A stretch of DNA of 64,000 nucleotides, taken from NCBI GenBank assembly GCA_020891255.1, contig BQFW01000003.1, positions 1,488,001-1,552,000 on the forward strand. The letters run 5' to 3'. Within the stretch, counting starts at the first letter, position 1. Each line of letters begins with the position of its first letter. A program made the position numbers and the translations under genes. Source of the DNA: Entomortierella parvispora E1425 (lineage: Eukaryota; Fungi; Mortierellomycota). The notes below the pieces were generated by a model. It was not told where the DNA came from. It was given only the letters and a program-made list of their open reading frames with translations, and ran no database searches. Shown one piece after another: positions 9,651 through 21,194 of the stretch.

Positions 9651-10883
9651 TTGAGGTCAAGGTATGGGCAGTGGTGTTCGGTAATTGTTGTTGGGGGGAG
9701 GGGGGATGGTGGGTAAGTTGAGAAAGAAAGAAAGGAAAAACGAAGAGGTGCAGGTCTTGGCGGGCAGTTTTCAAGATTGATCGCGGTGACTGCTCAATGT
9801 GTTTCATTTTATCATCATGATATCTGCAAGTTTATTTTTTTTTAGGTGCAAAGCACAATACCTTGCACAGATAACAGATCAGAATGCAGGAGAGAGCTTT
9901 AGTCATGTGACTACTGCACGTCGTCTTTTTTTTTGACACATGGGGGAATTTACGTTTCTCATCTCTCATCAGTCAGGACAAACTACAAGCCCATCCTCCG
10001 CCGCGAACGAACTCTTCCGTATGTACCATTACACCCTCCCTGTTGCTATATAATACTGGACGCGGTCGTTTATCAGAACAAAGACGGGTGTCTGTTTACT
10101 TTCTCAACCGAGGTTGGGACGGCGTCGTTGAAGTCAACCACACACATGGAGCAGCGAGCATTGTCTCGTTTTGTGCATGAGAGAGGCATAATCCCTTTCA
10201 TTCCTGTTCATTTCAACTTTGCAGAGCTGAAGACTTCTCTCCTTGATGCTCATTCATGCGAGGAGAAAGAGGGATACGCGTAGCATTGGCACATCTCCAT
10301 CTCATTTCATGTCCTCGAACGTGACGCGGTCAAGCCCACCCCGCCTTCTCTCCCTCTCTCCCTCGAGTCTTCTCGCCCCTGTGGGTGGGGTTGAATTCCC
10401 ACAACCCTTTGCATTTCTGGCGCAACACCATGGGAAAGGAAGGATGGAAAGAAGGATAAGAAGGCCAAGAGGATTCTCGTGGTTCACCCGAAACTTGTCG
10501 TTGCACTGTTTCCGTCTGTGCCTCCTTATCTCCTTTTTCCGTGAACGAGGAGGACCTAATTTAACGATCATGTGCAGAAAAAGGGAGAGTGGCTCTTCTT
10601 CACTTGAGGAGATCTGAGCTACCTTGTTCTTATTTACTCCTGTCTTTTGCTGGATGCCTTTTTTCTTGTTCATCAGTCGGCTACAACTTGGAGCTAAGGA
10701 TTATGGATGGGCTTCTCTTAGATTTTGTGCGAACAGGTCGTTTTCAGTTGTTTCCCTGAACTAACAGTTTTATTTTTTGCTCTTCTTTCATAGACAAACC
10801 CACGGACGCAACCTCTAAACCTCAGCAGTCAACCTCAACACACAAATACCCGATCTTTTCTCCTGAAAACAGTACAGACAACA

Positions 10884-11273
<390 letters not shown>

Positions 11274-11672
11274 GAGTGCATACCCAACAATATCCCAAGC
11301 CTTCAGGGGTCATATATCTTCAACCCTTTTTGCTGGCTTCTCTGTTCTCTACTCCGAATAAACCGACAATCTTGCCCTATTTTGCAATATCATTGTACCC
11401 AGCGTATCATCCATTATCGGCAATCCAGATGCAACATCTTCTGACTGTATCTATCCTTCGAGAGCTGTCCATGATGATGCGGTAGGCGGGAAAGACTATA
11501 TGGAAAATTCAGAGATATATATTTGTCTGTTGTACTCATGACTAAAGCCCAAGTTCTAAAGGTGGTGATGGAGTTTGAGTTGATGTGTCGATAGTGGTGT
11601 TGTTTGTTGGACAGGATGGGAGAGCTGACAACGATGTGAATCTTAGAGAGAAAGTAGATCCTCTTTTTTTCC

Positions 11673-12146
11673 TCATGCCTTGGTCTCAGCAGCCTTCTCA
11701 GCAGCGGCAAGAGCATCAGCAGCCTTCTTTGCCTCCTGCAGTCCATGATGTGGTCGCATCCTCCAGCCCTTGAGACGGTTCATGAACCTTGACCGTTCCT
11801 GAACGGCATCCTGAATACCAAAGGTCTTGGCCTCGGGTTCTTCTGGCCACTTGAATTCACCCTCGATGGTGACGATGGCCTTCTTAAACTTTTGACGCTT
11901 CAGAATAGTGTTTCCACCGGAACCGGCCAGCTTGGCGGGCATGTTGCTGGTGCGGACAGTGACGACGGGAATCTGATAGATGTTGGAGAGGTAAGACTTG
12001 ATATCAAACTTGTTCATGGAAGGGGGCACTCTGAAGGTGAGGATGTTTGAGACTTGGGGGACATTGGGGGCATTGCGGACGAGCTTGAGAACAGTGGAGG
12101 GGAAGTAGATCTTCTTGAGACCCTCCTTGAGCACTGGTGTTGTCAT
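11673..12146 (-). CDS. MRP20: Mitochondrial ribosomal protein uL23m
   Basis: KKIYFP...LTFRVPPSMNKFDIKSYLSNIYQIPVVTVRTSN...FKKAIVT...FKWP. Confidence 0.9.
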   Translation of the reverse strand: MTTPVLKEGLKKIYFPSTVLKLVRNAPNVPQVSNILTFRVPPSMNKFDIKSYLSNIYQIPVVTVRTSNMPAKLAGSGGNTILKRQKFKKAIVTIEGEFKWPEEPEAKTFGIQDAVQERSRFMNRLKGWRMRPHHGLQEAKKAADALAAAEKAAETKA

Positions 12147-12638
12147 GATGTCGATGTGCTGTCTTGTTTAAACGTATGTGTCGAAAGAAAAAGGGCGAAA
12201 GAGGCTGCGTCCGTGGGTCCTGGTGATTGTTGTTGTTGTTGTTGTTAATGTGGAAGTGCCTACAGTCCCTGTGAATGGATGGATGTAATCCCGAGAATGG
12301 AGGTTGTGTGGGCTTGGTGGCGACTGACCGCCCCTTGCGGACGGGGCGGGTGGTGCCCAGGGACAAAGTGTGACTGCGACTGTGATCGGTGCATTTGTTG
12401 TGTTTCTTTTTCTTTTTGTTTTCAAGCCACCGCTGCTACTGGCTCGCTGTGGGCCTTTCTTTTTTTTGACCTGGTGCATGCATGTCCCATTCGTCCACTC
12501 CTTCTCTTCTCCACGTCTAGTTCCATCAGGATCCTCTCCCTTGCTTGACTCGACTCCCTTTTCATTCCATTTCCCCTCCCTCCTTTACCTGCGTCAACTC
12601 ATACACATTCACCTTTTACTCTCACCGCTACAATAACA

Positions 12639-14572
12639 ATGTCGACCGACTTCAAGACCTTGACGGTCAAGAAGTACCCCCGTCTGCCAGGACGCAAGAC
12701 CCACGAGTCCAGATACTGGCGCAAGTTCAAAGTAAACATACAGAAGAGACCATAATCCACCTCTATGTTTGTCTCCACAAACTCTGTTACATCCCTCTCC
12801 CCTCCAGAAAAAAAAAAGTGGCATCAGTAACTCACCGTCTCGCTTTTGTTTTTCACAACTTAGTCACCTATCGTGGTCAAGGAGTTTGCGGCCGTGTCCT
12901 CGATCCATTTCTCAGAAACCAACCCATATGACTTTGCCGTGACGGCCTCGACTCGCGTTCAGATTTATAGCTCAAAGACCCATCAGGTCAAGAAGACTAT
13001 CTCACGTTTCAAGGATGTTGCATACTCGGGAACTATTCGTGCGGATGGACGTTTGGTCGTGGCTGGAGATGCCACGGGTTTGATCCAAATCTTTGATGTC
13101 GGAAGCAGAGCCATTCTCAGAACTTTCAGAGACCACAGACAGTAAGGATTTCGCAAAGTCCAACCAACCATCATAGGCGACTGAACCTACCTCCTGAGAG
13201 TTCCTTTCAAAGGTCCTAACACGTTTCGTACTTCTAAACTTTTTTTCAACGTGCTAGTCCCGTCCATGTTGCAAAGTTCTCTTCAGACAAGACTCAGATT
13301 CTGTCCGCCTCAGATGACAAGACAGTTAGAATTTGGGATATGCCAAGCGAGACTCCCGTGACAATCTTTACGGGCCACGAGGATTATATTCGCGCAGGAA
13401 TGGTTTCGCACGACAACCCTCATTTGATCCTCTCGGGTTCTTATGATCAGACAGTCAAGCTCTGGGACATGCGTACTCAAGGATGTGTCATGACCATGAA
13501 CCATGGTGCACCTGTGGAGGCTATTGATATGTTCCCAGATGGCGGTGTGGTCGTTGCCGCCGGAGGACCCAACCTGAAGGTCTTTGATATCTTGGCCGGA
13601 GGACGGCCCATGCATTCGCTCTCAAACCACCAAAAGACTGTCACCTCTCTCTGCTTCGACAACTCTTACTCCAGATTGTTGACTGGTTCATTGGATCATC
13701 ACGTCAAGGTTTACAATGTTCAGGATTACAGCGTCGTCCACAGTGTCAAATATCCCGCCCCAGTTATGAGCGTTGCTCTTTCCGTAAGTGCTTTTCTCCG
13801 GAAGAGTCGGCACTCTTTGGTTCATATTTTACAAACTGACTAATCCTCAATCTTTGTTTGACTCTCATAGCCCGATGACACGCATTTGGTGGCCGGTATG
13901 GCTGGAGGTTTGCTTTCGATCCGCCAGCGTGTGGTCAAGACACCCGAGGTCCAGACGAGGCGCGCACAGGAGGAGCAGGCTCGTGGAGGCAGCTACAAAT
14001 ATTTCGTCCGTGGACAAAAGACTGCAGGCGAGGGCGATATCACGGTCGAGTCTCAAAAGAAGAGACGCTTGAGAGAATATGACCGGTACTTGAAGGCTTT
14101 CCAATACGGAAATGCTTTGGATGCCTGTTTGAGAACGAACCAGCCAGCAGTGACGACCGTTTCTTTGATTCAGGAATTGATCCACCGTGATGGTTTGAAG
14201 CAGGCCCTGGCAGGAAGAGACGACAACACATTGGAGCCTTTGACTCAGTTCTTGGTCAGGAATATCAACAACCCCCGATACACCGCCCTCTTGGTGGATG
14301 TGTCGACGGTGGTCATTGACATGTATTCGGCCGTGTTGGGTCAGTCCCCCCTGATCGACGAGCTGTTCTTGCGCTTGAGGACCAAGGTCAAGGCCGAGAT
14401 TGCCTTCCAGAAGCAGCTCTTGGCTGTGGTGGGATCAATGGAGATGCTCTTTGCCAAGAGCACATCGACCTCAGCTAGTATCGCGTCCCATAACGAGCTG
14501 GCCTCTTCGGCCCCCGCATCTGCATCCACTGTACCATCACCTTCAGCATCAGCATCAGCATCCACGATATAA
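12639..14572 (+). CDS. UTP15: U3 snoRNA-associated protein 15 (WD40 + UTP15 C-terminal domain), 4 exons
   Basis: RYWRKFK|SPIVVKEFAAVSSIHFS..PYDFAVTASTRVQIYS, WD40 repeats, YDRYLKAFQYGNALD, LIQELIHRDGLKQALAGRD. Exons 12639-12731, 12864-13141, 13258-13783, 13871-14572. Confidence 0.95.
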
Positions 14573-14899
14573 TTCCCCATTATCCTTGTTTCCCAGAATC
14601 AAACTATCAAAAAAACAAAACAAAAAGCCATAAAATAACTCGGGATTCTATCCATTTACCTGTCAGTGGGAGGGATAACGATTCAGCAAGCCCAGAGAAT
14701 TGGAAAGATCTGACCACCAGGGACAATACTCCATGATATCCTCCAAAAGTATCAATTCTTCCTCATTCTCAACACTTTTATTTTGTCGGCAATGCACCCA
14801 AATCATCCCCATCCTCCTCCCGCCAGCCAATAGCATAGAAATTAAAAAATCATATAACCAGTATGCCAACTCAACGACAGACAGCTAAATGAATGATAT

Positions 14900-16377
14900 T
14901 ATAGTTGCTGGATATATTTTGCCGCAACCGCGATCCTTCACCAACACACGCCAACATGAGCCCAGTTCAAGCCGATCCATTTCAAATCCTTGATGCTGAC
15001 TCGACTATCCTCCAGCGCAATGTAGTACATCCCCCGTGCCTGTTCTCACTATATGTCCATGTCAGCATAGGCTTGATACTGCGTGATTTCAATCTCCAAT
15101 ATAACCTCACAGTCCGCCTGGCTAAATTCTTGCATTCCTCCTCTTCCTGATGGGCCAAATGCAGTTCTTTCTCCCATGCCTGGTCATAATCTTCTTTGTT
15201 TTGGAGCTTGTCTCTTCTTACATAGTGACACGCCCTTGAGCTGCAAGCGAGCCCTCGGTCCCGACCGTGAAGGGAAAGATATCCTGATTGTTATTCGCGG
15301 GTTCGTGGACATATAGCTGGAGCAGGTCCAACTGATTGGATTTCCAAGGAGTATCAACCAGACATTGTAAACCAATGTTGAACTTCATGCCGGGTTCGTA
15401 ATACTTCATAGCGAGCGACTTGAGTTTCCAGCAATTTGCTGGGAGGGACTCTGTCTGAAGGAGGTCGTCAATCATACCCCAAAAGTCATCCGCGATAAGA
15501 ACACGCTCGAGGGTCTCTGCGGAAGAGCAATCGCCGCCATCCATCCCCAGGAGCGCTGGAAACAAGATGCGCCACATTCCAGGGTGCGGAGGAATGGGCA
15601 GCTCTCGGAGTTTCCCTGCATAGGTGCAAATGAAACCGATCAAGTTCGGCAAGATGGAGCTGGTCTCCAGTGAGTCCATCTCTGGACAGTGCCTCAATAG
15701 CACTTGAATAGTACGGCAGTTATACTTGTCCGATCCAGTCCACAAAAATCTGTACTTGGCCAAGTTGGGGCGTGGCTGGAGAAGAGGATAAAGGAGATAT
15801 TGCTCTGTTGCGCAAACACAGCACCGCTCACCCGCAAATATCGCATTCGAGGGAGATATCTCCAGTCATCGCCTGGTATTCTACAGTACCAGAGCTGTTG
15901 TTGTACTTGCTCCTGCGCCATTCCTTTAGCACATCAAGTTTATGACTCCAGATCGATTCCACATGCAAATCCTCCAATGACAAAGGCAGGCTCCTGAGCA
16001 AGCACATGTGCATCTCCGGTACAACGTCCCGATATTGCATTGATATCGACTTTTCTTTCGGCTTCAATAGAGGACCATGGCAAATGAGATTCCTGAGGTT
16101 GGTTCAATCGCTTGCTATAAAAGGGACATCGCCCCATAGACATTTGAAAGTCTGGATCCACTTTGCGTTCCTGTGGACGAGCACGACTTGGGCAGGCGTG
16201 AGAGAACCCTGAGTGTTTAGGAAGTTGATCATATGCCATTGAACAGAGACAAATGCTGCGGCCCTTTCCTTCGCATGTGCGTCTGCAATTCCAAATGTCG
16301 GCGAAGGTCACACAGTTGCAAATGAGATCGACAAGGAGGGGGATCTCAAAGACAGAGATTGGATTGAGCGAATGCAT
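14900..16377 (-). pseudogene. F-box/RNI-like (LRR) protein pseudogene
   Basis: N-terminal F-box-like SVFEIPLLVDLICNCVTFADIWNC, then a frameshift, an in-frame TGA and LRR-like fragments (MDSLETSSIL, CWKLKSLAM, LTWTYS, IKDLKWIGLNW). Confidence 0.7.
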
Positions 16378-17386
16378 GGGTCAGAATGCAGAGGAGGCAG
16401 AGTGAACGGGCTGGACAAAGGAAAAAAAAAAGAAATTACTGTTCCCCTGCTTCTATTTACCAAGGGTCTGTCCTGCATGCGCCTCGCCCCTTTCAGATCC
16501 AGACTCTCTTTCCTCTCTTACAGTCAGACATGTCCAGACGGATCGCAGACATCGTGTCAACAAGCAATCTGAACAATGAGGTTTGCAAAGCGAAACAAAG
16601 CCCGCAACGCGCTCTTTGCCTGCTTCTCTCCCGATCATCCTGGAAGACAGTTCCTTGTACGAACCACAACATGCACAGCAGTAGTGATGGATGATACCAG
16701 CGAGGCAGGAGGGTGGTGGAGCAAGAAAGGACTGTTCACACGTTCGAGTGACATCGACGCGCTCTTCCTGGTCTTGTCTTTGACCCTCGACATCCTCACC
16801 AAGCTCCACCGCGCGTCGGATTCCCATCAACCTGCTGCGACCGCCCCTCAGCATCAATAAACGCGAACTCTGAAGCACTATTTCTTCTCCAGTGATTATA
16901 TTTTTGCTGTCGTCGACTCTGGCGAGAGTGAATACATCCTCGAGTGCATCCCTGGGCGATACATGTAGCGAGCTCTATCTTCAGTTTTTGGGCCTCAACC
17001 CACGGTCAGGCTTGACACACCGATCAGCTGGTAAATTTATTTATTGGCCCTGTGTCAAAATGCACAGCATGACTCAGGGCTATGGCCACCGAGTTGTTTT
17101 CAGCCGTTTCCACCGTCTCGGCGGTCCTGGGAATAGGTGTCGACTTTCGGAATGACCACCTTGTTTTACATGCATTGACGCATGGATGGACACTGACAAT
17201 GCATGTAAGAAATAACTGGACGGACGGAATCTGAACATAGTTGACACGCGCTGGAAACCAAAAATCGAAAAAGTCTGGAATGAAATCGACGCGCTTCTTC
17301 CTGACAGGATTGCCGAGCTTTTTGCGTTACACAAGCATGTCCACCGTTGCAAACGTGTCCCCCTCTGTCCTTGGTTTCCAGCGTCA

Positions 17387-17414
17387 AGTGACCGTCTCTC
17401 GACAGGTATAAAAG
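17387..17414 (+). promoter_or_regulatory. AGTGACC-N11-GGTATAAAAG bipartite promoter-like motif
   Basis: The same motif occurs at 33814-33787 (-, N11) and 41175-41200 (+, N9). Confidence 0.55.
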
Positions 17415-17439
17415 GTGGCCCTGGGACCACGTTTTCTTT

Positions 17440-17575
17440 TTTCTTCTTCATTGCAATCTTAGTTGACCTGCTCACACGGGTCGTAAAAAAGCGCGCTCTA
17501 AGGGAGAAACCCACTCCCAGTACAGGACGGGCAGACAACTAAACCCATTATTTTTGACCTCGGTATACCGCGGGT
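17440..17575 (+). ncRNA. Candidate Sm-site structured small RNA, locus 1
   Basis: Stem TTAGTTG(17459-65)/CAACTAA(17536-42) plus CTGCTC/GGGCAG; ATTTTTGA at 17550-57; hairpin CCTCGG-tata-CCGCGG at 17558-73. Confidence 0.35.
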
Positions 17576-18174
17576 GTTTTCACACTCGTCGCCGATGGGA
17601 ATATCTTTATTTTACAAACAAACAAAACGAAAAACGGAAGGGAGAGAGAGAGAGGGAGAGGCAGCTGCAGGGGAAATGGGGGGCAAGAACAATGCGAGAT
17701 GCATTGCTGGCACATGGGGCTTGCCGAGGCAGGCGTTCCATGCTTGTCGCATGGAGTGCACCTCGCCAGACTTGCATTGGGAGGAATGGACAACGGAGGT
17801 TCTGGTCCATTCCATGTGGGGCTGAAGACATTCCTCCATTCGCACTTTCGCTTACATGCGAAACAGAACACAGAAACGTTTGAGCCCTGATTTTTGGCGC
17901 ACTGACTTACGCCCAAATCCCCCACAACTGCCTGGCTTGCTGGCGGGCTCACAGACCAGCACTCCATCCCATAGCTCATGGTCGTGGTAATGGAGTTCGA
18001 GATTGTTGGCTTGGCGCACTCTTTTCCATGGCTCCATGACACGCGTTGCATGAAGTCGACTCATTCTCACAAAGCAGACACTGATTAGCGCGACAAGACA
18101 ATGGACCATATGCCCGTCGTGCCAGATGGAGTCTGCTTCTTTCATTTCACAATAATTTTTGATGTTTTGTATGA

Positions 18175-20337
18175 TCACTCTTCTATGAGCGTAACTTTTG
18201 TGTTCATCAAGAGGGCAGCTTGGAGTTGCGTCTTTTGAGGATGCAGTGCACACAGCCACTTGTTGATCGAGAGTCTTTCCAGCCGAGCACATCCCAGGAT
18301 CAAGGACTGGACACCGCGAACCGTGTATTCCAGACAGCGGACAATGTAGAGTCGTGTCAGTCGGCGCATGGTCCGCACCATCAAACCGATCAGCTGGTCA
18401 GAGACGGGCCATTTCTCGTATAATTCCAGGTCCAAGAGGTTTCGAGCGTGGCGACATATCAGTGGCATCCGAGCTGTCATCTCTTTCAAAACGCGATCGT
18501 CTTCACTGGTCGAGAACAGATAAGGCGGTAGTGAGAGCCGCAGAGTGAGAAGGTTGGGGCAAAATTCAAGAGATTCAAAATTAAAAGCGATTGCAACCTC
18601 TCCTTCCAGATCCAAGGTGGTTAATCGGGTCAGAGGCCAAGACCACGTCAAAGAGCCGCTCAGGGACAATGGGGTCGACGTGACAGCGGCCATGGAGTTG
18701 GTGGAGTGAAGAAACATGTCCGACAGTTTTTCGAATGTATCAGGAAGGACCATGCTCGTGCCCATAAGCGACAGATTTGTGGCGAGGGAAACCCCTTTAA
18801 GAGTTTCAAGCGTGTCTCGAAAGGCATCCATGGCGTTGATGAAGGCCGGGATCAAAAAAGAGTTTTCTCCACAGAGGTCGATAGAGCGGAGTGGGGGTAG
18901 AGACCCCTGCCGACGGGATTCATTATGGTGTGCTTCCCCCCCGCTAGCACTGTTGCCCCGTTGACGAAACGAGATCTTCGACAAAGGTTGGTTCTGGGTG
19001 GCACGATTGTGGCTGTGGCCCCCCAAGCCGCGACCTTTCCCTGTCATTGCGGCCGCCATTTTGCGCCTTTCCACAACGGCCCATTGGAACATTTCTTCAT
19101 CATGAACAGCCATCCTCAAATCTTCTAGGACCCGACATCGGGCTAGGTACTCATTCACAAAGCTGGTCCTGGACATGTATGCGGCAGGGAACGCCCTCGT
19201 ATCCGAGCCATTGGACCATCCTAGGAGCAAAGACTTCAGTGATTCGACTGGGATCTGCTCCAGCACCAAAATTGCCTCTCTCCAATGCCTCGCATCCACC
19301 ACTTCAGGCGTCCGCATTGCTTGAACCAACCGCACCAGGCCCTTATGAGCTTCATTGATGGTCTTATTGGACTGGTCATCCTTCCCCTTGATCTTGATTT
19401 CCCGCAACGTACGATGAACCGCATCGTGGACCCTAATGAATTCCAGTAATGGCTCGATCTTTGGCGCCAGATCCACCATCCGAGTACCACAGGCAGGTAT
19501 CCCCGAAATCTCAATTCGGACTAAATTCCGTAGCCGTTCCAGACTAGGTAAAAGTAGCGGAATGTGCTCTAAAGGTTGACCGATAATGCGAATATCCTCG
19601 GGCCAGTACTGAAGTAGAGACATGGCAAGATCCTTTACGAGGGACTTGGTGGGTTTTTGATCATCGATAATCCAGGGACCAGTACCCTCTGCTGTGGTGC
19701 GCCCTCGAAGATCCGCTGTAGATCGCCAGAGATCAATCTCGTATTGGTGGGTGAAGAAACGAAGATAATCGACAGTAGTTGCTGAGATCGGGGAAGCAGG
19801 ATCATCAGGTACAACAAACGCAGCAGACGCAGCAGGCACAGCAGAAGCGGCAGGGATGGCAATTGATGGCACTGCCACAGCTGCAGGTGCAGCTGACGAG
19901 GTAGATATTGTCGCATCTGAACAATTCTGTGTCTTGTCGTTGAGGCCATCCTCGTTAAGGTTGTTGCGGTTCCCCGTCCGAGCGTCAATGGTCACCTGGG
20001 CACGTGCCATCATCCCTCCAGATACCGAGATGTCACCACCACCGTTGTCTGACAAAGGGATGCCAATGATAAACGCAGAGCCGCGGATGATTTCTGTGGA
20101 TCTCGAACTCAAAAGTAAAGCGACCAAGGATGATATCCTGGCCTCTCTCTCAGCGATACTCAATGGCGATTCATGAAGAAGCTGGAATGGGGATCGATAG
20201 AGGACAGGGACAGCTCGTTGGAAGAGCTTTTGACTGGATAAAATAAGGGCATGGAGAGTGATTCGGTCGTGGACTAGGTAGGCCAATATGAGATCAATGC
20301 ATTCGTCGGGAAGTGGAAGTTTGGATGCCAACAGCAT
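18175..20337 (-). CDS. F-box/RNI-like leucine-rich protein, 720 aa, intronless
   Basis: F-box-like LPLPDECIDLILAYL...LHALILSSQKLFQRAVPVLYRSPF; LRR-like C-terminus (LTTLDLEG, CPNLLTLRL, LTRLYIVRC). Confidence 0.85.
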   Translation of the reverse strand: MLLASKLPLPDECIDLILAYLVHDRITLHALILSSQKLFQRAVPVLYRSPFQLLHESPLSIAEREARISSLVALLLSSRSTEIIRGSAFIIGIPLSDNGGGDISVSGGMMARAQVTIDARTGNRNNLNEDGLNDKTQNCSDATISTSSAAPAAVAVPSIAIPAASAVPAASAAFVVPDDPASPISATTVDYLRFFTHQYEIDLWRSTADLRGRTTAEGTGPWIIDDQKPTKSLVKDLAMSLLQYWPEDIRIIGQPLEHIPLLLPSLERLRNLVRIEISGIPACGTRMVDLAPKIEPLLEFIRVHDAVHRTLREIKIKGKDDQSNKTINEAHKGLVRLVQAMRTPEVVDARHWREAILVLEQIPVESLKSLLLGWSNGSDTRAFPAAYMSRTSFVNEYLARCRVLEDLRMAVHDEEMFQWAVVERRKMAAAMTGKGRGLGGHSHNRATQNQPLSKISFRQRGNSASGGEAHHNESRRQGSLPPLRSIDLCGENSFLIPAFINAMDAFRDTLETLKGVSLATNLSLMGTSMVLPDTFEKLSDMFLHSTNSMAAVTSTPLSLSGSLTWSWPLTRLTTLDLEGEVAIAFNFESLEFCPNLLTLRLSLPPYLFSTSEDDRVLKEMTARMPLICRHARNLLDLELYEKWPVSDQLIGLMVRTMRRLTRLYIVRCLEYTVRGVQSLILGCARLERLSINKWLCALHPQKTQLQAALLMNTKVTLIEE

Positions 20338-21194
20338 TGGTTCTCAGTGTCTTTTGGGGCCTTTCAAGGAGGGTGAATGGGTGGGAATGGATGATGACAA
20401 AAGGGGATGGGCTAGGAAAAAAAGGGAGAGATGATGAGAAGGGCCTACCGATGCAGAGTGGGAAAGGACCGGGCAAAAAAGTTAGCGCGTGTGTTGGTTG
20501 CCGTGTGTGTATATCGAGTGTGGACAAAAGAGAGTGGTCCATAGACCCATTAGGTCTCCTGCCAAGGAGAAAAAGGAAACAGAAGGGGATCAAAGAAGGG
20601 AAGGAAAGCGGAAGTTGTGCCCTCGGTGGCACAAGGACCAGAAGGACAAAACCAAACGAAGGTCCTTGGTTGGTGCAGCGGTCCCACCTGCAAGGAAAGC
20701 ACGGAAAGGGAGGAAAGAGCGCAGACCAAGAAAGAAAGGATAAGGGAAAAAAAAGGAAGAGCAGGAACATCTGGGAGAAGGCATTGCCGCGCCACTGCCA
20801 CGCGACAGCGCGCTGTGGGAGGAAAGCAGTGGCAAGTCGCGTCATGATGCGATGACCGCAAGCAATTGGCGGCAAAGCGACAGGTCAGGCCAATCCAAAA
20901 GCCTGTCCAATCTTGTTAAATGCCAGGGTCGTCGCTGTCGTTATCGTCGTCGCTCTTGAGCGGAGGGTATTCTCCTATTCTTTCCACTGGGACAGCCGCG
21001 TTTGAATTTTGTTTTGCCAAGACTTTTTTGTTGTCGAATTAAGGCTGTGGTGGGCAGCACCTACACAGCCAAACTGAAGGCCAAGGGTCAACCTCTTTGC
21101 GTTCCTTCGCCATTCATTCATTCATTCCTTCCTTCCTTCCTTTTCCCTTTGCATCTTCATACTCACTTCCACCTTCCCCTTCTCTTCACCCACA

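Larger units (their letters stand above)
400..9700. mobile_element. Putative Crypton-Fanzor composite transposon (boundaries approximate)
   Basis: Fanzor, an orphan ORF and a YR pseudogene sit side by side with no housekeeping gene between them. The termini could not be identified. Confidence 0.5.
17170..18140 (+). repeat. Dispersed repeat copy 1 (inverted relative to copy 2 at ~33020-34010)
   Basis: Collinear blocks match the reverse complement of copy 2, e.g. tgtgtaacgcaaaaagctcg, gtcgatttcattccag, ataccgaggtcaaaaata, taaaataaagata, gtcagtgcgcca, cgcgtgtcatggagcca. Confidence 0.9.

Noticed and set aside
9900-9913. Point-centromere CDEI next to an Ndc10-like domain
   Set aside because: There is no CDEII/CDEIII arrangement, point centromeres are restricted to Saccharomycetaceae-type yeasts, and an 8-mer match is likely by chance
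9933-10673. Short ORFs between the YR and DYN2
   Set aside because: No recognisable motifs; low-complexity UTR/intergenic composition
20294-20875. Overlapping 180-193 aa ORFs upstream of the F-box gene
   Set aside because: Purine/pyrimidine-skewed promoter and UTR sequence generates stop-poor frames
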